A stretch of 64,000 bases of DNA from Lytechinus pictus (Eukaryota), in contig NC_087246.1 of assembly GCF_037042905.1 (NCBI RefSeq), positions 1,552,001-1,616,000 of the forward strand, given 5' to 3'. Under the pieces are notes generated by a model that was not told where the DNA came from, searched no databases, and saw only the letters and a list, made by a program, of their open reading frames with translations. The position numbers were made by a program, and so were the translations under genes. Positions 50,301 through 62,053 of this stretch are shown here, one piece after another. Position 1 is the stretch's first letter; every line of letters begins with the position of its first letter.

Positions 50301-53300
50301 TATGACTGCTCCGATCTTTATGGTTTCCTTTCTATGAATAAATGATTTTTTTTATTTGATTTTTTTTTTAATCCTTTAAATTTCTCTCTCTATATACATA
50401 AAAAGAATTATTCATGCAGGCCTATTGTGTATAACCTGAGGAGTATTTCATGAAGAATCTTGTCACTGATTTTCACTGACAAATTTGTTCCGAGCCAATC
50501 AGAAGCAAGTATTTCAATAGCTTATGACAAATATTGAAAATCACTGACTAGACCTAACTGGTTCATGAAATACTCTCCTGAAGTTTGCATGAGGATAGTA
50601 CCTAATAAAAGTATTTTAAATTACTTTTATTTTCCATTTAGGGAAAGAATAAAGAAGTTTTTATGGTAGTACTTGCGAAATATAGTTTTATCACCATGAA
50701 CAAGGCTTACTGGATTTAGCTAACACTCACAGGAATCAAAAGGACAATAGAGAAAGAAAGGTTGTTCAAAAAAAAGAAAAGGGAATTACAAAATAGTTGA
50801 GGTTAATATGCCTCTAACTATGTAAATAACTTGTACTGTAATTAAAAGATGATGCAACATTAACATGTGAAGATGAATAGCTATTTCCAATCTTTCAACT
50901 AAGTTCCTGTTTCCTGTTTAAATTATTTTCTCAATTAAAATGGCAGATGTGATATGCAAAAAGGAAGAAAATATAGAAATGAAAAAAAGCTGACTGACCT
51001 GCCTATAAACAACTCACGTGTAATCACAACCTAAGCAATTATATAATGTACATAAATGCTACATAAATTAAATGAGGCTATAATTCATAAACATGAACAT
51101 GTGCAAAATTAAAACAACAGATTTGATTTTCATCTCTGCCATACTGTGAAAGGAAAAAAATAAACTTACAAAGTGAAAAAAGAAAAAAGAAAAAAAAAAA
51201 GCCTTTGGTGGCCCAATATAGTGTAGCATTACATGATATTAATAACAAATACTTACTAGATCCTTCAAGAAAACAAACGCCAGGTTCCATGCCATCAGAT
51301 TCTCGATGCAAATGATCAAAACACCAGGCATGAAAGGAAAATGCAAAGATATCATCAAGCTTTGAAGGTCTTTCAAGCGTCTTCAAGACACGATATAACC
51401 ATTCCTGACACTGATCACTCGTATCAAACTGGCATCTGAAAGAGAGAGAGAGAATGGAAGGGTGAGGGGCAGAAAAGTTTTATCATTTTCATTTTAATCA
51501 CAGCTTAAAATCTAGGCATATGTAGTAGAAATAACAAAGTTATCTTTATGAATACATTAATACAAATATATTTGTAGAGAAGTATTAAAATGTATCTAAA
51601 AAGGAAGAAACAGAAATGATAGAACATAAAATGTATAAGGAAGAAACAGGAAAGTTAGAACAATTAAAAATTGAATTTGAAATAGATTTGTAGTTGAATT
51701 AACACAATTTTTACTACTTCCTCACATCCCATTACCTGATGTATTTCGTTATTTTGCCCAAATTTTACAATATTGTTATTTTACTCCATTATTATGAAAT
51801 CATTTGATTGATTTGATCTCAATGTACTGCATGTTTTTAAGAGATGTGAAAATAAATGAATTTGAATTGAATTTGAAATAGATTTGTAGTTGACTTAACA
51901 CACAAAATCAAGGAAAGCAAGTCATAACCAAACCAATCATAAATAAAACATACTGCTCTTATTCAGGCTTTCGTGATACAGTAAGAAATTTAAAGCAATT
52001 ATTCATACTAAAGATACCTCAATCTAGCAAATATTATTAGTTTAATTGCACTGGTTCATGACAGATACATAGCAAGGCTAATCTTAATCTTGCCTGTCTG
52101 CCAGGAGGATCAATTCTAGATTAATGTGAAGATAGTCAAGGATTTCAAAAATATTTATGTACTCTTCCTTTAACTCCTATACAGATTTTTAAAAATATAT
52201 AGGGGAAGGCAGGGTAAGTTGAGCATAGGGGCAAGTTGAGCCACCACCCCCAGGCCAATAATGAATGAGTCAGACATTGTGGTGGTGTCATGTATTGATG
52301 ACCCATTACATAACCCTTAACCCCACCACAGTGTTTTCAACTTTGAAACAAAAAGCACTTTTTAGAGGGAAAAATACAAATTTCAGCCAAAAAAGTAAAA
52401 AATGGTCTGAAATAGATCAGTGCTTTTTACTCACACACGTCTTTAAATATAATAACGAAAATTTCTTTATAAGAACAATATTGTTAGTCCAGGTATGGAT
52501 TCTCATTCTTGTCAGTCTTTTATATGATGGATGCATAAGAAATGTGTGGATGTGAAAATATTGCATTAAGTTCGGACTGGGGTAATTTAAGCCAGCCAAC
52601 ATGGGGCAAGTTGAGCCATGGTAATTCTTATGGTAATGTATAATAAAATAACAAACAAACCTTAAAAGCCATTGATATGCAGGCAGAAAGGAGCAAATTC
52701 ACATGACAGTTCTTTTACTTTTAGAGGATGTTAGTATTTACAGAGAATTAGCAAGTGAAAAGACTTTAAATTAAAATGTTGACATGCTGGTTCTTCCCTC
52801 ATACATTTTGTACATAGTTTTTGTGGCTCAACTTACCCCAGAAGGTGGCACAACTTACCCCACAGATGGGGCAAGTTGAGCCATTTGACATCGTTTTTTT
52901 CAAAGGTCACAATGACTTTCAGTGTGGCCGTAGAAAGTTATATATTGGTTAAAAATATTTCCCAAGAATCAAATTTAAAGGCAAGGTACTTATTTCTATA
53001 ATATTATTAGTCATATAAATTCTAACATGCAAAATGCAGAAAGTGTCACAACTTACCCCGCCTTCCCCTACATATCATTTCTGACTCTATTTCCCACCTT
53101 CAAAATAGTATACACATGTACAGCAAGCCCCCCCCCCCCCAAAAAAAAAAAAATTGTATTAATTAGCGAAACTCGCCCTACCCTAAAAATATCCCTGACC
53201 CTACGCTTTTTTATTCTATTGCTATCGATATCGAATATCATGCTGACTTCGCGATCGATCGATTTTGCTGAGTTGAAAACCCAGAACTGTGAACAGAAAA

Positions 53301-56300
53301 GCTATTTTCCCACTATTTTGAGCAACTTCGGCGAAAGTATTCTTTGTGAGCTCTGTAGAGATGTATTTAGTATTCATGAGCGTGTCCAATACCGCTTGAT
53401 ATTGGGATGATATCTACACCCGGATCCAGATCAATTAAAAAAAAATGCCCTACCTATCCTATTTTTCAGTGACCCGTTACTGCAATACAACAATTTTTTT
53501 TGCCTAATGTAACTGCTCCCCTAATATTTTTCGGAATACATGTAGATCGACGGCAAAGAAACCATTTTTTTCCCCAACATAATAACTAATAAGTCCATAG
53601 CTGACATGTGACGACATATATTCTGGTATTGATAATTTACTTTTAAATTTAATACAACCTTGACAGACATTTACTGGCAGGCAGAAATCAATTCACCGTT
53701 TTCTGTGCATTAATTTGTAGCATGCACAGTGTTTAAAGGGTACTCCAGGCTGGAAATATGATTTGAACAGATTACTAAGAAAAATCAGACAAACAAAATC
53801 AGAATAACAAAGTTTATGGCAGATTAAAGATTTGCATTTTTCTGGTGAAACAATTCTAGACATGCATGTCTTCATGAATATTCAATGAGAAAACTGATGA
53901 TGTAATATCCCCACTTTTTTTTTTTTGGTATTTTATTATATGAAATTTGGATTTATTCAAATCATTTTCATTCAAAAACCAAAAATATTGGAATAACAAC
54001 TGATTAAGTGCATTAGATATTCATTGCTGCAACTTATTTCATTACAAGGGAGACATATCATTCACACATGTATGAAACAATTATGATTTCATGTATATAT
54101 GGGCAATTCCACAGGTTGATGGACATGAGCTTAAAAATTCAAATTCAATATTTTCTTGAATTTTTTAATACTTTAAGTCCTTCATGCTTGATAGTTTCAG
54201 GAACAAGAAATAAAAAGTTTATTTTCATATGTACCGTATGGGTACTAGTATTCAACCCGGCATAATTCAAAGATTTTGACATATTCCCCAAAATATTTAA
54301 AAATAGGGAATTTATCTTAATTTCACACCTTTGTTATTTCTAGGGTAATCTGTTGTCGATATTTTCTTTGTCAATCTGTCGACTGTATGCGCGGAGGATC
54401 GAATTATGCGGCGATGGCCTTTTGCACTGAATGGTACTAGTATTCAACCTAGTGAGGATTGATAGCAAATCTCAAAAGGGTTTAGATTGCTAAATTAGAT
54501 CTAGATCTATGTAAATCTCTGGCTTTGATTAATTCCCTGTTTGGTCTCATCTCAAATGGTCTAGTCCATAGTCGGATGGGACAAGGGCAGATCTTTCATC
54601 GCTAGGTTGAATACTAGTGCCGACGGGTTGAATACTAATACCAAAATCCGTCGCCGTATAATTCGATCGCCCGCGCACACAGTCAACTGGTTGAAGAAAA
54701 AAATAACGGAAAAAGAATAACCAGCATTTTCTCTTGGAAATAAGACGGGTCTGAAATTCAGGTAAATTCTATATTTCTATATATTTGAGGAAACTCTCCA
54801 AACGGGTTGAATACTAGTGCCCTTACGGTATACTTTGGAAAAAAATGGTCAAAAGTTGTGTCTTCCATTCTGTACCAAAATACAAGAAAAATAGTGAAAA
54901 ATGAAATATGCCTTATTACCATTTTGTTATTGCAACAACATACCAGTTTATATATTTCTGAAGTTTAGAAGAGTCAAATTACCTAAAATACACAACAGCT
55001 TTTCAAGTAAATTTGTAGTACTCATTCAAAAATGAATTTTGCAACTTGCTCAGGTGATGTAACGTGAGTAACCGAAAAAACTTACTTTGTTTTCTGAGAG
55101 AAAAATTCTTCACAGTTAATTGGTGGGATTTTAAATTCTCTTCCTTCAAACAATCTTTGACACAGTGATGACTAACAAAATCATTAAAAAGTACAATTTT
55201 TTATAAAAATGATGAAGAAAAACTGTAACGTGAGTAACTTTGTAACGTGAGTAACCATCATGTAATGTGAGTAACCAGTAAAAATTATGCAGTTAGGTAA
55301 CATTTTCTGTGGGATGTCAAGTTTTAAGTCTCATGGTGAGTTGTGAAGTTATTTTTGATTAATTAAAAGCAAAATGAGGGTACACCTCTTTGATGTGACT
55401 CTTTGTTCATCAAAATATCAGTGGTCATACAATCACACAAAAAATTGAATATTAGTAGAAGTATTCACAATGCGAGAGTGCATTAGTAAGACTTGGTTTC
55501 AATTAACCAAACTTTAAAGAGTGTTCGAACAACACATTGAATGTCCTTACCTGTAACCCTATCTAGGCTGGGGTATTTTGGGAGTTAATATGGCCAAGGG
55601 GGGGGGGGGGCCTCCTAGGCCCCCCTTGAGATCTCGGCCTTTGGCCGCCCGATCACGCCGAAAATTTGCACACAGGTTGTCTTGGACATAATCTACAATA
55701 CTATCAGTAATTTATTTCATGCAAATTGGTATTAAGCAATTATGCTAATTTATGCATAATTAGTAAGCAAAATCATACTTTTCCCTCTTACTCCCTAATA
55801 AAGCTCCAATTGTTCCAATTTTTTGTATAAAATCTCTTTTGGATGTTCCTAGCAATGAATTTTACACACATTATTGAATTTTTAATGACATTTGTGTTGT
55901 TAACCATACATGGACAAAATGTAATGTGAGTAACCGTAATGTGAGTAACCATATTATCTGCACCCCAAGTAAAAACCATGTGTTCTTTATTTTTTTAATT
56001 ATGTACAAAGTTTGTCTCCCTAATATACTTCTTTGAAATGGATATAATCAACTTTCATAAAAGCCTTGTATGAGGAAACTTTTTACTTATGTCGACTTTT
56101 CATTTTATGCATGTCCAAATCATGTAACGTGAGTAACCGACACATTCCAAAGATTTGCCAGGAGCATAATAAAATTTCCCAAGTTTTGTTTTTATACAAA
56201 GGATAGTCAGACTGTGTACTTTGTTGTGATAAAGAGATGTTTAGTTCCTATCAATAATAATGGAGTTACAGCTCCAAGTATGAGTCAAGGTGTCTCCAAA

Positions 56301-58371
56301 TGTAACGTGAGTAACCATGGAATAGCCCATATATAGTATGTAATGACATAAGAAAAAGGAAAGTGGGGATGTGACATCATCAGCCCGTCTAATGAATATT
56401 CATGATGACGTGCATATAACTGTTTTCACAATATTGCTCAACTTTAAAATTTTGCTCTCAGAATTTTATTTTATTTATTAAGCATTTCAGCCTGGAGCAT
56501 CCTTTAATAGCCTATAATTCACATAATGTACATCATACTCGGGAGGTAACACAGACCAGGCATTGGTTGGTCATAAGCCAACCAGAATCAGAAATAATAT
56601 AACAAATTGGGAAACTGGTAATCACTGTAATTAAAAAAAAGGGGAATAAAGAATTTGTTTAAGTTTAATTTTATATCAATTTATGATGATGGATCTATCC
56701 CTCTAATACAACACAAATCTCACTATAAGCATCAATCTTCTTCCTTTACAATTATATATGAACTTTTATCATTTTTTAAAAACATATGTAGATTAATATC
56801 ACTATGACTGAAATGACTCTAAAGTGTAAACCAATAAACATGGCTCTAATTTTTAATACAATATTATCAACAAATATATTATGAATATATTTTTGTGATG
56901 AATCAAAGAAAAATCACAATTGTTTCCAATATTAGGGTTCCTAACAATTTCTGATCACTGACCCTAAAAACAATAACAATAATTTGTCCTCAAAATCTGA
57001 CTAGACAATGCATGACAGGTATTTACAAACAGAACTTCTTTTTATTGTTAAGGTACATTCCGAGAGATTAACTAATGCTTCAGTGTACAGTGTAGTTTGA
57101 TTTCACAATCAAAACACTAAAAAATAATAATTGTACGTATGTAGGTTGATTCAAGGGGCACTGACTTTGATAACAATAATTGTAATGTGTAAACAAAAAT
57201 TGCACAAAGGAAGATTTTGAAATTGTCTTACTTTGCATACAATGGGTGTGAATTTCATTTTATCAAAGAGAATATTAAAATCATTGAAATTAGTGTGTTT
57301 CAAAAAATATTGTTATTTTCAAATTTAGCATAGTTTTTCAACTTGTGTTTTTCCAATACATGTACATGTGCAGTGCAGACATGTACAATGTATGGGGGAA
57401 CATTGCTTCATGTTGACACACATCAATACTATCTAGGCTTCCACAAACAGTGTATTATGAAGGGCAACCATTATTTCCTCTTCTATCCCCTTTTATTTTG
57501 CACAATTTTAAAATGATTTTATTTTAAGATAAAAGTATATCAGCAATACTTTTTCAACTTTACCAAAGTTAGAAAAGATGTTTACAAAGAAAAAAATTAA
57601 AGTAACTATTAACTCCAGAACACTGTTCCGCATTTTTGGTTTAATAATGTCCATCTTCAAACAGTTTTAAATAAAAAACATCAACCCCCTACTGCAATTT
57701 GAATCTTTTCATTTCACAAGGGAATTTTGACAGGATTGGAGAAAATATCCTCCACCTTTAATTTTCCAAAGCTTAAAGGTTTTCTTTCAGTTTTCATCTT
57801 TATTTTTCAAGCAATCAACATGTAAGTGTAGTGAGCAAAAGAGACTATACAAAGAATGATTTATACAGTACGGATTGTATGCATGTCATACTACCTTGCT
57901 TGCTATCAATAATCATGTGACTGTAATAAAATATCCCTGTAACTAAGGATCATAGATCTAATGTATCAATCACACCTTGACACATGTACAGTACAGGTCT
58001 ACACATGTTATCAGCTATACATTACATCTACATAATGTAGGTGACTTTGGTTGACCATGAAACTGTGTTCATGATCTATTGCAATCTTGAAGGCAAAACA
58101 AAACAAGACTATGAGGAGGGGGGGGGGGGTGCCGGATGGGGTCAATTTTAGTAAAATTAAGGCATTTCTTTTGGTCATTCCTCTCCCCATATGTATAAAA
58201 CTTCATTCCTGTTACAATATCTAACAAAAAGTAGCGAGAAGGGTAGGGTACATGAGCGTAGGGAGTTGTTGCTAATTATTGTTTTTACCTGATTAATTTT
58301 CCATCTTTGCAAGTGACAACAAGGCACTCCTGATCTTTACATTCTGCATTCTCAATCAAACCAACAGGTAC
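37670..58371 (-). CDS. MTMR3: Myotubularin-related phosphoinositide 3-phosphatase with C-terminal FYVE domain (MTMR3/MTMR4 co-ortholog); 5'-incomplete, 13 visible exons, ~1085 aa visible
   Basis: Exons (minus): 58289-58371, 51257-51435, 47136-47229, 45328-45441, 44808-45007, 43851-43967, 43266-43380, 42715-42910, 41962-42147, 41292-41462, 38826-40247, 38154-38350, 37670-37853. Catalytic VHCSDGWDRT, DARSYAAAFANRAKGGGCE, EREWLDFGHKFADRCG, PVFLQWLDC, a long disordered exon, a coiled-coil-like segment, and FYVE (WIPD..C..C..RKHHCRNCGQIFC..C..RVC..C). MTMR3 and MTMR4 cannot be distinguished here. The N-terminal exons were not found. Confidence 0.92.
40513..41126. mobile_element. TA-flanked MITE (Tc1/mariner/pogo-like), copy 1
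   Basis: TIR CCGTAAGGGCACTAGTATTCAACCCG / CGGGTTGAATACTAGTACCCATACGG with TA TSD. The motif ACTAGTATTCAACC is repeated internally in both orientations. Confidence 0.85.
45145..45320. repeat. (GAT/GGT)n microsatellite abutting an MTMR splice donor
   Basis: Direct inspection. Confidence 0.9.
50439..50577. mobile_element. 139-bp Harbinger-like MITE
   Basis: TIR core GAGTATTTCATGAA / TTCATGAAATACTC, CTG TSD (50436-50438, 50578-50580), central AGCCAATCAG. Confidence 0.75.
52202..53068. mobile_element. 867-bp TA-flanked non-autonomous DNA transposon
   Basis: TIR GGGGAAGGCAGGGTAAGTTG / CAACTTACCCCGCCTTCCCC with TA TSD. Internal repeats of GGGGCAAGTTGAGCCA. Confidence 0.85.
54101..56328. mobile_element. 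GGG-ended element (ISL2EU-like), nested
   Basis: TIR GGGCAATTCCA / TGGAATAGCCC flanked by AT on both sides, with about 8 internal GTAACGTGAGTAACC-type repeats. The superfamily call is inferred from the termini only. Confidence 0.7.
54234..54828. mobile_element. TA-flanked MITE, copy 2 (inverted relative to 40513-41126)
   Basis: Near-identical reverse complement of copy 1, with TA TSD. It lacks a short segment (~15 nt) present in copy 1 near 40750. Confidence 0.85.
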
Positions 58372-58567
58372 CTGGATATAAAGAAGAAAAAAAATAACAA
58401 AAAAGTGAACACACCTACATGCACCAAAACTGTATGCTTTATACGTCTTTGAGTCTTGCCTTGGGTCAATCTTCTTTTCACGATTAACAATCAAAATAAG
58501 GTCAAAATACAATCTACACTGTACAACATGTATGTAGGATATGCATACTAGTACTGCATGTATTTAA

Positions 58568-59170
58568 AGGACAAGTCTACCCCAATAAAAAGTTGATTCG
58601 AATTAAAAGAGAAAAATCCAAAAAGCATAACACTGAAAATTTCATCAAAATTGGATGTAAAATAAGAAAGTTATGACATTTTAAAGTTTCACTTAATTTC
58701 ACAAAATAGTTATATTCACATCCTTGTTGGTATGCAAAATGAGGAGACTGATGACATCACCAACTCACTATTTCTTTTGTATTTCATTATGTGAAATATG
58801 AAATATTCCAATTTTCTCCCTGTTGTCAAGTGAAACAACGATTAATTCCTCCCTGAAAATGTGCAATTAGCATTTTTTAATACTATATGGTTCAATCACG
58901 TTGGTCCTTATTGTCAAATATGTAAAAAATGAAATATTGTATAATTAAAACAATAAAAAAACAAAAGAAATAGTAAGGGACATCATCGACTGTCTCATTT
59001 GCATGTCACTGAGTTGTGCATATCTCTGTTTTGTGAAAAATAAAAGCGGAACTTTAAAATGTCATAACTCTCTTGTTTTACATCCGATTTTGATGAAATT
59101 TTCAGCATAATGCTTGTTTGATTTTTCTCTATTTATTCAAATCAACATTTTTCTGGGGTGGACTTGACCT
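58568..59170. mobile_element. 603-bp Kolobok-like non-autonomous element
   Basis: TTAA TSD on both sides and TIR AGGACAAGTCTACCCCA / TGGGGTGGACTTGACCT. Confidence 0.85.
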
Positions 59171-59236
59171 TTAAGCATAAAATTATTATAGAATGGGTAG
59201 GACTACATATACATGGGAAATGTAGACCTACATAGT

Positions 59237-59780
59237 ATACAAATAATGAATGTTTATGAGCGCAATGGACAGAATACTTCATGAGGTGAAAGATGAAATG
59301 ATCGATCCATTCAACGAGGCGTAGCCGAGTTGAATGGATCATTATTTTATCTTTCACCGAATGAAGTATTCTGTCCTTTGCACGAATGAAAAAACATTCA
59401 TTATTTGGTTTATATGACACCTAAAAATCATATGGATCATATCATAAGGTCTTTGCTCATGCACCAGAAGTGCGCATGTTGTAATGACGTAACAATCAAC
59501 AGACCGAACTCGCACTGCATGTGCATGTTTTGCATCGAAATTCATGAATTTCATATGATTTTTAGGTGTCATATAAACCAAATAATGAATGTTTTTTCAT
59601 TCGTGCAGTGGACAGAATACTTCATTCGGTGAAAGATAAAATAATGAAGTGCGCGAGTGCAATGGACAAAATCGTATGGATCCAAAATTGCACGGTTAAT
59701 GACGTCACTGCGAAATGGGCTGAATGAACAATATCAAACAACCAATCAAATCACAAGGATCTATCTAGGTGTCATATAAT
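59237..59780. repeat. Composite inverted/direct repeat element
   Basis: ~96-bp inverted arms at 59339-59434 and 59552-59647, with additional partial copies at 59240-59300 and 59766-59779. Confidence 0.7.
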
Positions 59781-60409
59781 TAATACTATCAGTAGTGTAT
59801 TTTATTTATATGTACACTTGCTGCACTAAATTACTTCAGAATTCAAGAGGCAAAATTTATTCAAGCTTACCACATTTTAATTTACATTTACAGTAATAAC
59901 CTGATTCCTTGCTAATCTCTGTCCCATTTTGACTCTTAAGACAAAACATTCAAAACCTGTATTTTGCAACATTGCTTCAAAACACATTTTCACTTTCATT
60001 ACTGCCTGTCAGGTAAAATTGTGACAATTTGAAAATATAGGTCAGAGTAGCTGAACCTCACACAATGGCCTAAACAAACACAAACCCTATAGTGTGTAAT
60101 ATGAATCAAGGCTATAGTACATTCAATAGCAAACTAAATTTACTCAACTATGCACAGGTCTCCATTGAATGCAAGACAGACCTGGTAATTTATCATGGAC
60201 CAAAAAGGTCACAAGACAATTCATCAAGCACACTGGTACTAGTAGTGGTAGATGAGGTGTCACACACTCTTTTGCTCATGAGCTATAATAAACTACACAA
60301 CTCACTTCAATTGCGTTTCTTACAAGGTGATGCTCCAAGAAGATGGAGTAGACTGCCACCATACCCCCAGGCACAGTTCAACAGTGAGAGGATATATAAA
60401 ACTGACCTA

Positions 60410-61272
60410 GACCCCTGTTACATCCGAAAGTTTCCTACCCGAGACCCGACCGAGTCCACTTGCAACCTTGACTGGATTATTGGTGGATTAGCTTCGCGAA
60501 CGGACCGAGTCCGAAATGTGGTCTGTTTACATCACAGCGTTAATTCCCTCCCCTATCGGTAGGGTTTCGAGCGGTATCCGATTGCTGACACCAAAGGGCG
60601 CTCTCGATCTAGGCTCTGAATAATTTGCGCATGCTAATTGAAGTTCTTTATATTTCGTTACACTCGTCGGCTGCTACACAGAAATGACAGGGTGGAACAT
60701 GTGCTGATCATTTCCAGAGAGAGTCGAAACGACTCTTCACCTTTACCCGAGATTCTGGAAGAATGCTGATGATCCCAGCAGTCGTTGAAGATATGATCGA
60801 CTTGAAAAGGATACGTTTAAAATGCTTCCTTCTTTCCACTCAAATCAAAGACTTTATCAATCACAATTCACACGTCGCATGCCGCAAAACATTTGAAGAA
60901 CGACGGGGCCGGGGAGGGGATAGCGCCCCGGGGGGGCCACTTACATTGACGAGTGGATACCATGCGCGACCCAAAAAACACGTAAAAAGGATGTCTTTTT
61001 CAAGATAGGGCACGTGCGCTATGACGTAATTTGACAGCTGGCGAACGGACCGAGATAGGTTCGAAAGCTTGTGTGCGTTTTCATCTACGAATAATCGGTG
61101 GACCGGGGCCGGCCCGATACCTACCCAAGACTACCTCTGGATGTGGTCTCGGGTAGGTTCGCTAATAGGTGGCCCGAGGTAGGTTTGGGATGTTTACATC
61201 CGATTTCTTTCCGACCCGAGGTAGGCCCCGGGCCGGCCCGAGGTAGGGAATCTCTCAGATGTAACAGGGGTC
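60410..61272. mobile_element. 863-bp GC-rich Harbinger-like non-autonomous element
   Basis: TIR GACCCCTGTTACATC / GATGTAACAGGGGTC, 3-bp TSD CTA, repeated TTACATC motifs. It contains a fragment beginning CCCCGGGGGGGCCAC (~60926) that is probably from another family. Confidence 0.8.
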
Positions 61273-61578
61273 CTAGAAACACTAGTGATATGATTATCAA
61301 ACCATACTGTTCTTTCAAGGGGTATAATCATGGTATAATATATCTCCTTGGTCATATATCACATGAATGTGTTGTTGAAGCTGATTAACTAATCTGCATA
61401 TAGATGAAAGTGAATTTGGATGTCTCTTGTTTAGAGTTTAAAAAAAAACATTGGTGATATGGTGAAAGACTGAAAGCAAAGGGAAGTTGAGTAATGAACA
61501 GATGGAATGTATGGCTTCATAACTAATATAACACTCAAAGCCTACAATGTAGATGTAATGTCAATGTTCTAGTACAAT

Positions 61579-62053
61579 AGGTGGTTTCAGACCGCCTCGA
61601 AGTTCGTTAGTTCCAGGTATTCTCTGATCAGGAAATTTACCCCGATCAGAAAATACCAGGTATTTTGGTAATGTGAAAGCAAACTACGCGTAATTTCCCC
61701 GAAATAAAATACTCGCTAAATAGTAGGTACTTGGCGAAATTACAAGAACTTTCGCGGGGATTTTTCCAAGGTCGCAGGTATTTTGGCGATGTGAAAGCAA
61801 ATTACGGGAACTTTTAGCCCAGCGTGTCGTTGGGTGCGGCGCCGTGGGTGGCTGCTGGGCTAGTGGTTTTGAATCTCGCGCCTTGCCTGCTTATTAGACC
61901 ATACTGCGCATGCTCCTAACTTCAGGAATTTATCCCGAAGTGTATGTTTCGGGGCAGTCTGAATGCAGGAATAATTAATGGGTATTTTTTAGCCTAAAAA
62001 TGTTCTCGTAATTTAAAGGGAATTCTTGTGATCGAGGCGGTTTGAAACCACCT
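61579..62053. mobile_element. 475-bp Harbinger-like MITE
   Basis: TIR AGGTGGTTTCAGACCGCCTCGA / TCGAGGCGGTTTGAAACCACCT and 3-bp TSD AAT. Confidence 0.85.

Larger units (their letters stand above)
53737..56503. mobile_element. Kolobok-like element hosting nested insertions
   Basis: TTAA TSD (53733-53736, 56504-56507) and TIR AGGGTACTCCAGGCTG / CAGCCTGGAGCATCCT. Confidence 0.75.

Noticed and set aside
60092..61388. ORFs 60092-60562, 60763-61008 and 61098-61388
   Set aside because: They overlap or cross the boundary of a GC-rich non-autonomous transposon and show no recognisable protein motifs.
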